Source: Alsobacter soli
GTDB taxonomy: Bacteria; Pseudomonadota; Alphaproteobacteria; Rhizobiales; Beijerinckiaceae
NCBI GenBank assembly: GCA_945883115.1
Contig: CAMCXA010000005.1
Span: forward strand, 6,479-70,478
Length of the DNA: 64,000 bases
Direction of reading: 5' to 3'
Made by a program: the position numbers and the translations under genes
Part shown: positions 43,503 to 53,257 of the stretch, piece by piece
Layout of the letters: each line of letters opens with the position of its first letter
How positions within the stretch are numbered: position 1 is the stretch's first letter
Notes under the pieces: model-generated
Databases searched by the model: none
Told to the model about the DNA's origin: nothing
The model's input: the letters and a program-made list of their open reading frames with translations, nothing else

Positions 43503-46349
43503 TTATTCCGCCGCGGTTGGAAGCTGTTGCGCAATCTTCCTGAGTGAAATCTCTTCCTCGAGGTTTCGTTCCTGCCATTCCGAGAAATAATTGGTGCGGC
43601 GGACTTCAACCGCTGTCACCTTGTATTCCGGGCAGTTGGTGGCCCAGTCTGAGAAATCGGTGGTGATGACGTTCGCACCTGTCCGCGCATGGTGGAAGGT
43701 GGTGTAGACGACACCCGGCTGGACACGCTCGGTGACTTCCGCGCGGAGCGAGATTTCGCCGGAGCGGCTGTTGAGGGAGACGAGATCCCCGTTATTGATG
43801 CCGCGATTTTCGGCGTCGAACGGATGGATTTCGAGCACGTCCTCGGTATGCCAGACATTATTGTCGGTGCGGCGGGTTTGCGCGCCGACATTGTATTGCG
43901 ACAGGATGCGGCCCGTGGTGAGCAGGAGCGGGAAGCGCGGGCCCTGCTTTTCTTCGGTCGGGACGTATTCCGTGATCATGAACTGGCCTTTGCCGCGGAC
44001 GAAGCGGTCAATATGCATGATCGGTGTGCCGAGAGGGGCATTGTCATTGCACGGCCATTGGACGGAACCGAGCTCCTCGATTTTCGCGTAGCTGACACCC
44101 TTGAAGGTCGGGGTGAGGCGGGCGATTTCGTCCATGATCTCGGACGGGTGGGTGTACTGCATCTCGTAGCCGAGTGCGGCGGCGAGATCGATGGTTGCCT
44201 GCCATTCGGACTTGCCCGATTTCGGCTCCATGACCTTGCGGACGCGGCTGATGCGGCGTTCGGCATTGGTGAAGGTGCCGTCCTTCTCCAAGAAGGACGA
44301 ACCCGGCAGGAAGACATGGGCGTATTTGGCGGTCTCGTTCAGGAAGAGATCCTGAATGACGACGCATTCCATGGCTTCGAGGCCGGCGGTGACGTGTTTG
44401 GTGTTCGGGTCGGACTGGGCGATGTCCTCGCCCTGAATATAGATGCCCTTGAAATTGCCGCCAACAGCTTCGTCGAGCATGTTCGGGATGCGGAAGCCCT
44501 GTTCGTTCGAAATCTCGACACCCCAGAGGTTCTGGAACATGTCGCGGGTGGCGTCATCGCTGACGTGGCGATAGCCGGAGAGTTCGTGCGGGAAGGAGCC
44601 CATATCGCACGCGCCCTGCACATTGTTCTGGCCGCGCAGCGGGTTCACGCCGACGCCATTGCGCCCGATATTGCCGGTTGCCATTGCGAGATTGGCCATG
44701 GCCATGACGGTGGTGGAGCCTTGGCTGTGCTCGGTGACGCCGAGGCCGTAATAGATCGCGCCATTGCCGCCGGTGGCGAACAGGCGGGCAGCCTTGCGGA
44801 CTTCATCGGCGGGAACGCCGGTGAATGCTTCCATTGTTTCAGGCGAGTTGCGCTCTTCGGCGACAAAGCGGGCCCACATTTCGAATTCGACCAGTTCGCA
44901 CCGCTCGCGGACGAAATCCTCGTCGACGAGGCCTTCGGTGACGACGACATGGGCGATGGAATTGATGAGCGCGACATTGGTGCCCGGCTTGAGGGGCAGA
45001 TGATGCGCGGCCTTGATGTGGGGAGATTTGACGAGATCGATCCGGCGGGGATCGGCGACGATCAGCTGGGCTCCGGCGCGGAGGCGCTTTTTCAGGCGCG
45101 ACGCGAAGACCGGGTGACCATCGGTCGGGTTGGCGCCGATGACGAGGACGACATCCGACTCGGCGACCGATTTGAAATCCTGTGTGCCAGCGGAGGTGCC
45201 GAAGGTTTTCGACAGGCCGTAGCCGGTCGGCGAATGGCAGACGCGGGCGCAGGTGTCGACATTATTGTTGCGGAAGGCGGCGCGGACGAGTTTCTGGACG
45301 AGGAAGACTTCCTCGTTCGTGCAGCGCGACGAGGTGATGGCGCCGACCGAGTCGCGACCATAGTCGGACTGGATGCGCTTGAACTCGCTGGCGGCGCGGC
45401 CGATCGCTTCTTCCCACGTGACTTCACGCCATGGATCGGTGATCTTTTCGCGGATCATCGGCTTGGTGATGCGGTCCTTGTGGCCGGCATAGCCCCAGGC
45501 GAAACGGCCCTTGACGCAGGAATGGCCCTCATTGGCTTTGCCGTCCTTGTAGGGAACCATGCGGACGACCTTGTCGCCCTGCATTTCGGCCTTGAAGGAG
45601 CATCCGACGCCGCAATAGGCGCAGGTTGTGACTTTGGAGTGGTCGGGCTGACCCATCTGGATGACGGTCTTTTCCATGAGGGTTGCCGTCGGGCAAGCCT
45701 GAACGCAGGCGCCGCAGGATACGCATTCGGAGCCGAGAAAATCGGTAGGGCCGGCGGCGACGCGGGACTCAAAGCCGCGACCGGTAATGGTGAGCGCGAA
45801 GGTGCCCTGCACTTCCTCGCAGGCGCGGACGCAGCGGTTGCAGACAATGCATTTCGAGGCGTCATAGGTGAAGTAGGGGTTCGACGTGTCCTTGGCGTCG
45901 CGCAGATGGTTCTCGCCATCATAGCCGTAGCGCACTTCGCGCAGACCGACAGCACCTGCCATGTCCTGCAATTCGCAATCGCCATTGGCGGAGCAGGTGA
46001 GGCAATCGAGAGGATGGTCGGAGATGTAGAGCTCCATGACGCCCTTACGCAGCGTGTGCAGGGTGTCCGTCTGGGTGCGGACGATCATGCCTTCTTCTGC
46101 GGGGGTGGTGCAGGAGGCGGGGGTGCCGCGACGGCCCTCGATCTCAACAAGACAGAGACGGCACGAGCCGAAGGGCTCGAGCGAATCGGTGGCGCAGAGC
46201 TTCGGGATTTTGGTGCCCATGCTCATCGCGGTGGCCATGACGGAGGTGCCCGCCGGAACGCTGACGCTGACGCCGTCAATGGTGAGTGTGACGGTCTTCT
46301 CCGAGACGCGGATCGGGGTGCCGTAATCGAGTTCTTTGATGAGCGACAT
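43503..46349 (-). CDS. fdsA: NAD-dependent formate dehydrogenase alpha (molybdopterin catalytic) subunit
   Basis: It has an N-terminal 2Fe-2S motif (CRLCLVEIEGR) followed by 4Fe-4S motifs and a molybdopterin oxidoreductase domain. The ORF is uninterrupted, so it is a cysteine type rather than a selenocysteine type. The ATG at 46349 has a GGAGAG Shine-Dalgarno sequence. Confidence 0.9.
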   Translation of the reverse strand: MSLIKELDYGTPIRVSEKTVTLTIDGVSVSVPAGTSVMATAMSMGTKIPKLCATDSLEPFGSCRLCLVEIEGRRGTPASCTTPAEEGMIVRTQTDTLHTLRKGVMELYISDHPLDCLTCSANGDCELQDMAGAVGLREVRYGYDGENHLRDAKDTSNPYFTYDASKCIVCNRCVRACEEVQGTFALTITGRGFESRVAAGPTDFLGSECVSCGACVQACPTATLMEKTVIQMGQPDHSKVTTCAYCGVGCSFKAEMQGDKVVRMVPYKDGKANEGHSCVKGRFAWGYAGHKDRITKPMIREKITDPWREVTWEEAIGRAASEFKRIQSDYGRDSVGAITSSRCTNEEVFLVQKLVRAAFRNNNVDTCARVCHSPTGYGLSKTFGTSAGTQDFKSVAESDVVLVIGANPTDGHPVFASRLKKRLRAGAQLIVADPRRIDLVKSPHIKAAHHLPLKPGTNVALINSIAHVVVTEGLVDEDFVRERCELVEFEMWARFVAEERNSPETMEAFTGVPADEVRKAARLFATGGNGAIYYGLGVTEHSQGSTTVMAMANLAMATGNIGRNGVGVNPLRGQNNVQGACDMGSFPHELSGYRHVSDDATRDMFQNLWGVEISNEQGFRIPNMLDEAVGGNFKGIYIQGEDIAQSDPNTKHVTAGLEAMECVVIQDLFLNETAKYAHVFLPGSSFLEKDGTFTNAERRISRVRKVMEPKSGKSEWQATIDLAAALGYEMQYTHPSEIMDEIARLTPTFKGVSYAKIEELGSVQWPCNDNAPLGTPIMHIDRFVRGKGQFMITEYVPTEEKQGPRFPLLLTTGRILSQYNVGAQTRRTDNNVWHTEDVLEIHPFDAENRGINNGDLVSLNSRSGEISLRAEVTERVQPGVVYTTFHHARTGANVITTDFSDWATNCPEYKVTAVEVRRTNYFSEWQERNLEEEISLRKIAQQLPTAAE

Positions 46350-46359
46350 GGTGCTCTCC

Positions 46360-47922
46360 TTACTCTGCAGCCAGCTTGTGTGCTGCGCGGTCAAAATCTT
46401 CAGGGAAATGGTTCAAGGCGCTCAGGACAGGCATCGGGGTGAGGCCGCCCATGGCACAGAGCGAGGCATCGGTCATGAGTTTGCCGAGATCACGCAGGAC
46501 CGTGATGTTCTTCTCAGGCTCATGGCCTGCGATGATGCGGTCCATGGTTTCGACGCCACGGGTCGCGCCGATGCGGCACGGCGTGCATTTGCCGCACGAT
46601 TCCTTGGCGCAGAAGGCAAAGGCGAAACGGGCCTGCTTGGCCATATCGACAGTATCGTCGAACACGACGAAGCCGCCATGGCCGAGCATGGCGCGGATCG
46701 AAGCCAGCGCCTCGTAATCCATCGGGGTGTCGAGCAGATCATTCGGGATATAGGCGCCGAGCGGGCCACCAACTTGAACGGCGCGGATCGGGCGACCGCT
46801 CAGGGTGCCGCCGCCGAGACCTTCGATGATGTCGCGGACGGAAATACCGAAATCGAGTTCGGCGAGGCCGCCGCGCTTGATGTTCCCCGCGATCTGGACG
46901 GGAAGGGTGCCGAGCGACCGGTTGAGGCCGTGGGCTGCGTAGGCAGCGCCGCCATTGGCCAAAATCCACGGCACGCTTGAGAGCGAGATGACATTGTTGA
47001 CGATGGTGGGTTTGCCGAAAAGCCCTTGTAAAGCCGGGATCGGTGGCTTGGCGCGGACGATGCCGCGCTTGCCCTCGAGGCTTTCGAGCAGGGAGGTTTC
47101 CTCGCCGCAAATATAGGCGCCCGCACCGAGGCGGACTTCGAGGTGGAAGGCTTGGCCGGAGCCGAGAACAGATTTGCCGAGAATGCCTGCGCGCTCGGCG
47201 AGGCGGATTGCGGTTTGCAGCGTGCGGAAGGCGTGCGGATATTCGGAACGGAGATAGATGAAGCCTTGCGTTGCCCCGACGGCGACGGCGGCGATTGTCA
47301 TACCCTCAATCAGTGTGAAGGGGTCGCCCTCCATCAACATGCGGTCGGCAAAGGTGCCGCTATCGCCTTCATCGGCGTTGCAGACAATGTATTTCTGGTC
47401 GCCCTTGGCGTCGTGAACGGTTTTCCATTTGATGCCCGTCGGGAAGCCGGCACCGCCGCGACCACGCAGGCCGGAGACGCGAACCTCTTCAACGGTTGCG
47501 GCACCGCCAATGGCAATGGCTTTCTCAAGCCCTTTGAAGCCGCCATGGGCGCGGTAGGCATCGAGCGACAGCGGATCGATGACACCGACGCGGGCGAAGG
47601 TGAAGCGGTTCTGGCGCTTCATCCAGTCCATCTCGTCGGTGAGGCCATGGCCGAGTTTGTGCGCGCCGCCGGTGAGGAAATTTGCATCGAACAGGGGCGC
47701 GACATCCGACACGGTGACGGGGCCATAGGCGACGCGGCCCGACGGGGTTTCGACCTCGACGAGCGGTTCGAGCCAGAGCATGCCGCGGGAGCCGTTGCGG
47801 ATGATCTCGACGGATGCGCCGCGCTTTGCTGCCTCGCCGGCAATGTGGGCGGCTACAGCATCGGCGCCGACCGAGAGGGCTGCAGCGTCAATGGGAACAT
47901 AGATCCGGAGTGCGGCGCTCAT
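46360..47922 (-). CDS. fdsB: NAD-dependent formate dehydrogenase beta subunit (NuoF-like; FMN, NAD and 4Fe-4S)
   Basis: GLRGRGGAGFPTG (FMN/NAD site) and ESCGKCTPCR (4Fe-4S). 520 aa. Confidence 0.9.
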   Translation of the reverse strand: MSAALRIYVPIDAAALSVGADAVAAHIAGEAAKRGASVEIIRNGSRGMLWLEPLVEVETPSGRVAYGPVTVSDVAPLFDANFLTGGAHKLGHGLTDEMDWMKRQNRFTFARVGVIDPLSLDAYRAHGGFKGLEKAIAIGGAATVEEVRVSGLRGRGGAGFPTGIKWKTVHDAKGDQKYIVCNADEGDSGTFADRMLMEGDPFTLIEGMTIAAVAVGATQGFIYLRSEYPHAFRTLQTAIRLAERAGILGKSVLGSGQAFHLEVRLGAGAYICGEETSLLESLEGKRGIVRAKPPIPALQGLFGKPTIVNNVISLSSVPWILANGGAAYAAHGLNRSLGTLPVQIAGNIKRGGLAELDFGISVRDIIEGLGGGTLSGRPIRAVQVGGPLGAYIPNDLLDTPMDYEALASIRAMLGHGGFVVFDDTVDMAKQARFAFAFCAKESCGKCTPCRIGATRGVETMDRIIAGHEPEKNITVLRDLGKLMTDASLCAMGGLTPMPVLSALNHFPEDFDRAAHKLAAE

Positions 47923-48440
47923 GACAAGGCTCCCTTGACGATCTCCTGAACAGACCTGCCATCGCAGAGTGCGGAGAGTTTTTCAGGTGTGAGACGCGCG
48001 ACAAGCTCGCCATCGACGAGGGCGGCAGGGCCGAGCGCGCAATTGCCGAGGCAATAAATGGTTTCAAAGGTGACGGCGCCGTCGGCACTGGTGGAGTCGA
48101 TCGCGAGATGATGCTCGCGGGCGGCGTGGTCGACGAGCGCCTCGCACCCGACGGCCTGACAGGCTTCGGCGCGGCAGAGCTTGATGACGCGGCGGCCGGC
48201 GGGCTCAGAGCGGAAATCATGGTAGAAGGTGATGGTGCCGAGCACTTCTGCCTTCGAGACGTTGAGCGCCTCGGCAATCAGGGGAATGGCAGCGCGGTCG
48301 ATATAGCCGAAATTTTCCTGCAAAGCGTGCAGAATCGGGAGCGTTGCGCCCGCCAAATGCTTGTGCTCATTGACGATTGACGTTGCTACTGCTTCGTCCC
48401 AGCTCATCGATTCCATCCCGTGTCCCATGTCCAGATTCAT
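47919..48440 (-). CDS. fdsG: NAD-dependent formate dehydrogenase gamma subunit (NuoE-like 2Fe-2S)
   Basis: LPILHALQENFGYI, the CRAEACQAVG cysteine pair and a further cysteine pair in YCLGNCALGPA are thioredoxin-like 2Fe-2S features. The start could be any of four in-frame ATGs between 48407 and 48440. Confidence 0.85.
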   Translation of the reverse strand: MNLDMGHGMESMSWDEAVATSIVNEHKHLAGATLPILHALQENFGYIDRAAIPLIAEALNVSKAEVLGTITFYHDFRSEPAGRRVIKLCRAEACQAVGCEALVDHAAREHHLAIDSTSADGAVTFETIYCLGNCALGPAALVDGELVARLTPEKLSALCDGRSVQEIVKGALS

Positions 48441-48515
48441 GAACGCTTATAACTCTTATCGAGTTCTCGTAGTCCATTCTTGATCGGCAATCAAATAGGT
48501 TTTATCTAATAATTC

Positions 48516-48530
48516 ATCGGAAATACCGAT
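48516..48530. promoter_or_regulatory. LysR-type T-N11-A box candidate (ATCGG-AAATA-CCGAT)
   Basis: This is a perfect 5-bp inverted repeat fitting the T-N11-A pattern. It lies between the LysR gene stop (48571) and the fdsG start. Confidence 0.35.
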
Positions 48531-48570
48531 TAATTAGATTTAGCGGAATCGAGATGGATTAAACGGACGC

Positions 48571-49461
48571 TCAGTCGCCGGCGTCGAGCGGCGTGGAGAG
48601 TGCGAACAGGCTGCGGGCAAGGGGCGCTTGAGGTTGGCGATCCGCCATGATGAGACCCACCGAGCGCGAGGCCGCGGGATCGACGAGGCGGAGCGCTTTG
48701 AGGCCCGCGGGGATGCCGAAGAATCGCGGCAATTGCGACGGCACAATGCTGACCCAGCCGGGAACGGCGGCGTGCGAGCAGAGATTGAAGATCGAATTTG
48801 TTTCCATGACCGGATGCGGCGCCTTGCCGACCGAGCGGAAAATGCCGTCGAGAATGCGGCGGTTCTGCATGTCGGGGGTCAGAAGGCAGAGATTGAGCGT
48901 TGCTGCCTCCTGCCAGCCGATTGTCTCGCGGCTGGCCAGCGCGCTGTCGGCGCGGGTGAGGAGGACGTAGGTTTCGGCGTAAAGCGGTTTGGAGATGACG
49001 CGTTCGAGCGGTTCATTGTCGAGATAGGTGATGCCGACATCGATATCGAAATTGTCGATGGCGTCCTGAATGGCGGTCGAGGTCATGGACAGGACGGCGA
49101 GGGTAACGGCGGGAAAACGCTCGGAGAAGGGGCCGGTAATCTGGGCGACCAGCGGCAGGGCGGTGGGGATTGCGCCGATGCGGAGGCGGCCTTTCAAGCC
49201 TTGCCGCACATCGCCGATGGATTGCGCCATGGTGTCGACTTCGGCGAGGATGCGTTTGGCGTGGGCAAGGATCGTCTCGCCTTCGGCGGTCAGCCCCGTG
49301 AAACGGTGGCCGCGCTCGACGAGGGGAACACCTAGCTCTTCCTCAAGCTGCCGGATTGCGCCTGACAAGGTCGGCTGCGACACATTGCAGGCCTTCGCCG
49401 CCCGGGCGAAATGCTTTTCGCGGGCGAGTGCGACGAGATAGGCGAACTGTTTGATGACCAT
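48571..49461 (-). CDS. LysR family transcriptional regulator (FdsR-like by position)
   Basis: N-terminal helix-turn-helix region FAYLVALAREKHFARAAKACNVSQPTLSGAIRQLEEELG. 296 aa. It lies directly upstream of the fds operon. Confidence 0.85.
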   Translation of the reverse strand: MVIKQFAYLVALAREKHFARAAKACNVSQPTLSGAIRQLEEELGVPLVERGHRFTGLTAEGETILAHAKRILAEVDTMAQSIGDVRQGLKGRLRIGAIPTALPLVAQITGPFSERFPAVTLAVLSMTSTAIQDAIDNFDIDVGITYLDNEPLERVISKPLYAETYVLLTRADSALASRETIGWQEAATLNLCLLTPDMQNRRILDGIFRSVGKAPHPVMETNSIFNLCSHAAVPGWVSIVPSQLPRFFGIPAGLKALRLVDPAASRSVGLIMADRQPQAPLARSLFALSTPLDAGD

Positions 49462-49515
49462 TGCGCTGTTTTAGCCTGAAGGGAGGAGGCAGGCAATTGC
49501 AGTCGTCTTGATCGC

Positions 49516-50169
49516 TTACGCGACTTCCTTCGGGCCGAGGCGCTTGTCGAGATAGGTGTTGACGAGGGCCATGAGGTCCTCGACCTTGTTCTCGAAGAAG
49601 TGGTTTGCGCCCTCGACCATCTGGTGTTCGAGCTGGATGCCCTTTTGGGTTTTGACCTTCTCGATGATCGGGATCACGTCTTTGGCAGGAGCTACGCGGT
49701 CATGCGAGCCATGTACGAACAGGCCGGAGGACGGGCAGGGGGCGAGGAAGGTGAAATCGAACCGGTTGGCGGGTGCGGCGATCGAGATGAAACCTTCGAT
49801 CTCGGGGCGGCGCATCAGGAGTTGCATGCCGATCCATGCGCCGAAGGAGATGCCGGTGATCCAGCAGGCGCGGGCGTCCGGGTTGATGGCTTGCGCCCAA
49901 TCGAGCGCGGTTGCCGCGTCCGACATTTCGCCCTGACCGTGATCGAACGCGCCCTGGCTGCGGCCGACGCCGCGGAAATTGAAGCGGAGGGTCGAGAATC
50001 CGCGTTCGAGAAACGCATAATAGAGGGCATAGACGATCTGGTTGTTCATCGTGCCGCCGAATTGCGGGTGCGGGTGCAGGATGATCGCGATCGGGGCGCC
50101 TTTGGATTTTGATTGATTATAGCGGCCTTCGATTCGTCCCGCAGGCCCCGTGAAAATAACTTCAGGCAT
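49516..50169 (-). CDS. Alpha/beta hydrolase fold protein
   Basis: 217 aa with the nucleophile elbow GISFGAW. Confidence 0.7.
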   Translation of the reverse strand: MPEVIFTGPAGRIEGRYNQSKSKGAPIAIILHPHPQFGGTMNNQIVYALYYAFLERGFSTLRFNFRGVGRSQGAFDHGQGEMSDAATALDWAQAINPDARACWITGISFGAWIGMQLLMRRPEIEGFISIAAPANRFDFTFLAPCPSSGLFVHGSHDRVAPAKDVIPIIEKVKTQKGIQLEHQMVEGANHFFENKVEDLMALVNTYLDKRLGPKEVA

Positions 50170-50271
50170 TCATGCACCCTTCATAACGCTTCTTATCGAG
50201 TAACGGCCTTATCATCGGTACAACAAAGGACCGTCCCGCTTGACTCGGGAGTGTTCCATCGTCAAATAACA

Positions 50272-50288
50272 CTTAGAATGGTTCTAAG
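50272..50288. promoter_or_regulatory. Irr-type iron control element (ICE) candidate CTTAGAA-TGG-TTCTAAG
   Basis: This is a perfect palindrome with one symmetric mismatch per half-site to TTTAGAA-N3-TTCTAAA. It lies in the divergent region between the hydrolase gene and the nifS-like/suf operon. Confidence 0.55.
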
Positions 50289-50452
50289 ATCCGACCGGTC
50301 GGTTCCAGCTGGCTGCGGTAATACCGCGGCGCATTGGACAGACAACCGCTCTTAGCACGGGTGCGGGGGTAAAATGCAAGCATTTCCCGCTTCTTGTGTT
50401 GGGTTTCGTTGGTTGGATTCAAGAATAGTGACGTTGTTGATGATGGAATTGG

Positions 50453-51640
50453 ATGATGATCGCGGTCGTACGCGTCTATCTTGATCATAATGCGACGTCG
50501 CCGCTGCGTCCGGAAGCGCGCGCGGCGATGCTTGATGCGTTGGATCATGCGGCCAATCCATCCTCGGTGCATCGCGAGGGACGGGCAGCGCATGCGCTCA
50601 TCGAGACGGCGCGGGATCAGGTGGCGCTGCTTACAGGGGCACAGTCGCGCGACGTGATTTTTACGAGCGGAGGGACGGAAGCGAGCATTCTGGCGCTGAC
50701 GCCTGCGCTCGAAGTCGGTGGCGACCGGCGTCCGTTTACGCAGTGTCTGATGAGTGCAGTGGAGCATGTCTGCGTGCTGGAGGGCGCGCGTTTCGAGCGC
50801 AATGCTGTGGAACGTATCCCGGTTTTTCCGAACGGGCTGGTTGATCAGGCTTGGCTTTCCGAGCGGCTTGCTGCGATTTCGGCGGCAGGCGGGCGGGCGC
50901 TTGTGGCGGTGCAGGCGGCGAATAACGAGACGGGGATTTTGCAACCGATTGCGGCGATTGCGGCGATTGTGCATGCGCATGGCGGGATTTTGCACTGCGA
51001 CGCGGTGCAGGTTGCAGGCAAGATGCCGATTGATCAGGTGACGGCGGGGGCAGACATGCTCGCGCTCTCGGCGCACAAGATCGGCGGGCCGCAGGGCGTT
51101 GGCGCGCTTGTGTTGCGCTCGGGCGGTATTGTGATCGGTGACCGGATGCTGCGTGGCGGCGGACAGGAGCGCGGGGCGCGCTCGGGGACGGAGAATGTTG
51201 CGGGGATTGCGGGATTTGGTGCCGCGGCTGCGGCGGTTTTCAAGGACCTTGAGGACGAGGCCCGAAGACTTGGTGCTCTTCGTGATGCTTTTGAGAATGC
51301 GATCAGAGATTTGGCGCCTGATGCGGTGATTTTCGGTGTCGATATGGCGCGGTTGCCGAATACGGTGGCGTTTTCGGTGCCGGGGCTGACGGCTGAAACG
51401 GCGTTGATGAATTTTGATCTGGCGGGCATTGCGCTTTCCTCCGGTTCGGCCTGCTCGTCGGGCAAGGTAAAAAGGTCGCATGTGCTTGAGGCGATGGGCG
51501 TTGCTGCGGACCTAGCCAAGGGTGCTTTGCGGTTGAGTGCGGGGTGGACAAACAGCGAGGCGGATGTGATCCGATTCCGCGAGGTGTTCGAACGCACTCT
51601 ATCTAAGCGCGAAAAATTGATCGGGCGGCACGCGGCGTGA
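50453..51640 (+). CDS. Cysteine desulfurase (NifS/IscS-like, class V aminotransferase)
   Basis: YLDHNATSP at the N-terminus, the PLP lysine region SAHKIGGPQGVGAL and the active-site loop SSGSACSSG. Confidence 0.85.
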   Translation: MMIAVVRVYLDHNATSPLRPEARAAMLDALDHAANPSSVHREGRAAHALIETARDQVALLTGAQSRDVIFTSGGTEASILALTPALEVGGDRRPFTQCLMSAVEHVCVLEGARFERNAVERIPVFPNGLVDQAWLSERLAAISAAGGRALVAVQAANNETGILQPIAAIAAIVHAHGGILHCDAVQVAGKMPIDQVTAGADMLALSAHKIGGPQGVGALVLRSGGIVIGDRMLRGGGQERGARSGTENVAGIAGFGAAAAAVFKDLEDEARRLGALRDAFENAIRDLAPDAVIFGVDMARLPNTVAFSVPGLTAETALMNFDLAGIALSSGSACSSGKVKRSHVLEAMGVAADLAKGALRLSAGWTNSEADVIRFREVFERTLSKREKLIGRHAA

Positions 51641-51716
51641 ATGTGCGTTGCCCGGAACGGATGATGTGAAGCGAAGATGACGTCGGCCCTTGAAGCCGGA
51701 ATGTCGGGAGAGATGA

Positions 51717-53186
51717 ATGGTTGCGGTTAAAGAGACTGTCGAGCAGGTTCGTGCGCTTGATGTGGACCAATATAAATACGGGTTTTCGACTGAACTCGAA
51801 GTCGACAAAGCGCCGAAGGGCCTGTCGGAAGATATTGTCCGGTTTATCTCGGCGAAGAAGGGCGAGCCGGAATGGATGCTCGAGTGGCGGCTTGATGCCT
51901 ATCGCCGTTGGCTGACCATGACCGAGCCGAATTGGGCGCGCGTTTCGTATCCGAAGATCGATTTCAACGATTCCTATTATTATGCGGCGCCAAAGATGAA
52001 TGCGTCGCCAAAGTCTCTCGATGAGGTCGATCCGGCAATTCTCGATGCTTACAAGAAGCTCGGTATTCCGCTGCGCGAACAGGAAATTCTTGCGGGTGTA
52101 CAGACGTCCAAGATCGCGGTGGATGCGGTGTTCGACTCGGTCTCCGTTGTGACGACGTTCAAGGAAGAGCTGAAAAAGGTCGGCGTGATTTTCTGCTCGA
52201 TTTCGGATGCCATCAAAGAGCATCCGGAATTGGTGCGGAAATATCTCGGCTCGGTTGTGCCGGTGACGGATAATTATTACGCGACGTTGAATTGCGCCGT
52301 GTTTACAGACGGATCGTTTGTCTACATTCCCGAGGGTGTGCGTTGCCCGATGGAATTGTCGACCTATTTCCGGATCAACGAGAAGAATACCGGCCAGTTC
52401 GAGCGGACGCTGATCATTGCCGAGAAGGGCTCTTATGTGAGTTACCTCGAGGGGTGCACGGCACCCCAGCGGGACGAGAACCAGTTGCATGCGGCCGTTG
52501 TCGAACTCGTGACGATGGATGATGCAGAGATCAAATATTCAACCGTCCAGAACTGGTATCCGGGGGATTCCGAGGGCAAGGGCGGGATCTATAATTTCGT
52601 GACCAAGCGGGGCGATTGCCGGGGTGCGAATTCCAAGATCAGCTGGACACAGGTTGAGACGGGTTCGGCGATCACGTGGAAATATCCGAGCTGCATTTTG
52701 CGCGGCGATGGCTCGCGTGGCGAATTCTATTCGATTGCGGTGTCTAACGGCATGCAGCAAGTGGATAGCGGTACGAAAATGATCCATCTCGGCAAGAATA
52801 CGACAAGCCGGATCATCTCGAAGGGGATTTCCGCGGGACGGTCGCAAAATACGTATCGCGGGCAGGTATCGGCGCATAAAAAGGCGACGAATGCGCGGAA
52901 TTTTACGAATTGCGACAGTCTTCTGATCGGCGAGACGTGCGGCGCGCATACCGTGCCGTATCTCGAAAGCAAGAATTCGAGCGCGATGTTCGAGCATGAG
53001 GCGACGACGTCGAAAATCTCGGAAGACCAATTGTTCTATTGCCGCCAGCGCGGGCTTTCCGCCGAGGAGGCAACGGCGCTGATCGTGAACGGATTTGTGA
53101 AGGACGTGTTGCAGCAATTGCCGATGGAATTCGCGGTTGAAGCGCAGAAGTTGATTTCGATCTCGCTTGAGGGAAGCGTGGGGTAA
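51717..53186 (+). CDS. sufB: Fe-S cluster assembly scaffold protein SufB
   Basis: 489 aa. The motifs [21 protein letters not shown] and the C-terminal FAVEAQKLI are SufB-like. Confidence 0.95.
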   Translation: MVAVKETVEQVRALDVDQYKYGFSTELEVDKAPKGLSEDIVRFISAKKGEPEWMLEWRLDAYRRWLTMTEPNWARVSYPKIDFNDSYYYAAPKMNASPKSLDEVDPAILDAYKKLGIPLREQEILAGVQTSKIAVDAVFDSVSVVTTFKEELKKVGVIFCSISDAIKEHPELVRKYLGSVVPVTDNYYATLNCAVFTDGSFVYIPEGVRCPMELSTYFRINEKNTGQFERTLIIAEKGSYVSYLEGCTAPQRDENQLHAAVVELVTMDDAEIKYSTVQNWYPGDSEGKGGIYNFVTKRGDCRGANSKISWTQVETGSAITWKYPSCILRGDGSRGEFYSIAVSNGMQQVDSGTKMIHLGKNTTSRIISKGISAGRSQNTYRGQVSAHKKATNARNFTNCDSLLIGETCGAHTVPYLESKNSSAMFEHEATTSKISEDQLFYCRQRGLSAEEATALIVNGFVKDVLQQLPMEFAVEAQKLISISLEGSVG

Positions 53187-53257
53187 TCGACTTATATCCA
53201 GACGCCAGGCTGTGTCGGAACACTAAAATAATATTTCGTAGAACTAGGATTGGCTCA

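Noticed and set aside
43503-46349. Possible selenocysteine (in-frame TGA plus SECIS) in the formate dehydrogenase alpha subunit.
   Set aside because: The ORF is uninterrupted over its whole length, so it is a cysteine-type enzyme.
43689-46442. A 917-aa open reading frame on the plus strand, antisense to fdsA.
   Set aside because: It lies entirely opposite a well-supported molybdopterin formate dehydrogenase gene. Its translation is Ala/Gly/Asp/Arg-rich low complexity with no motifs. Long stop-free antisense frames are an expected by-product of high GC3 coding sequence.
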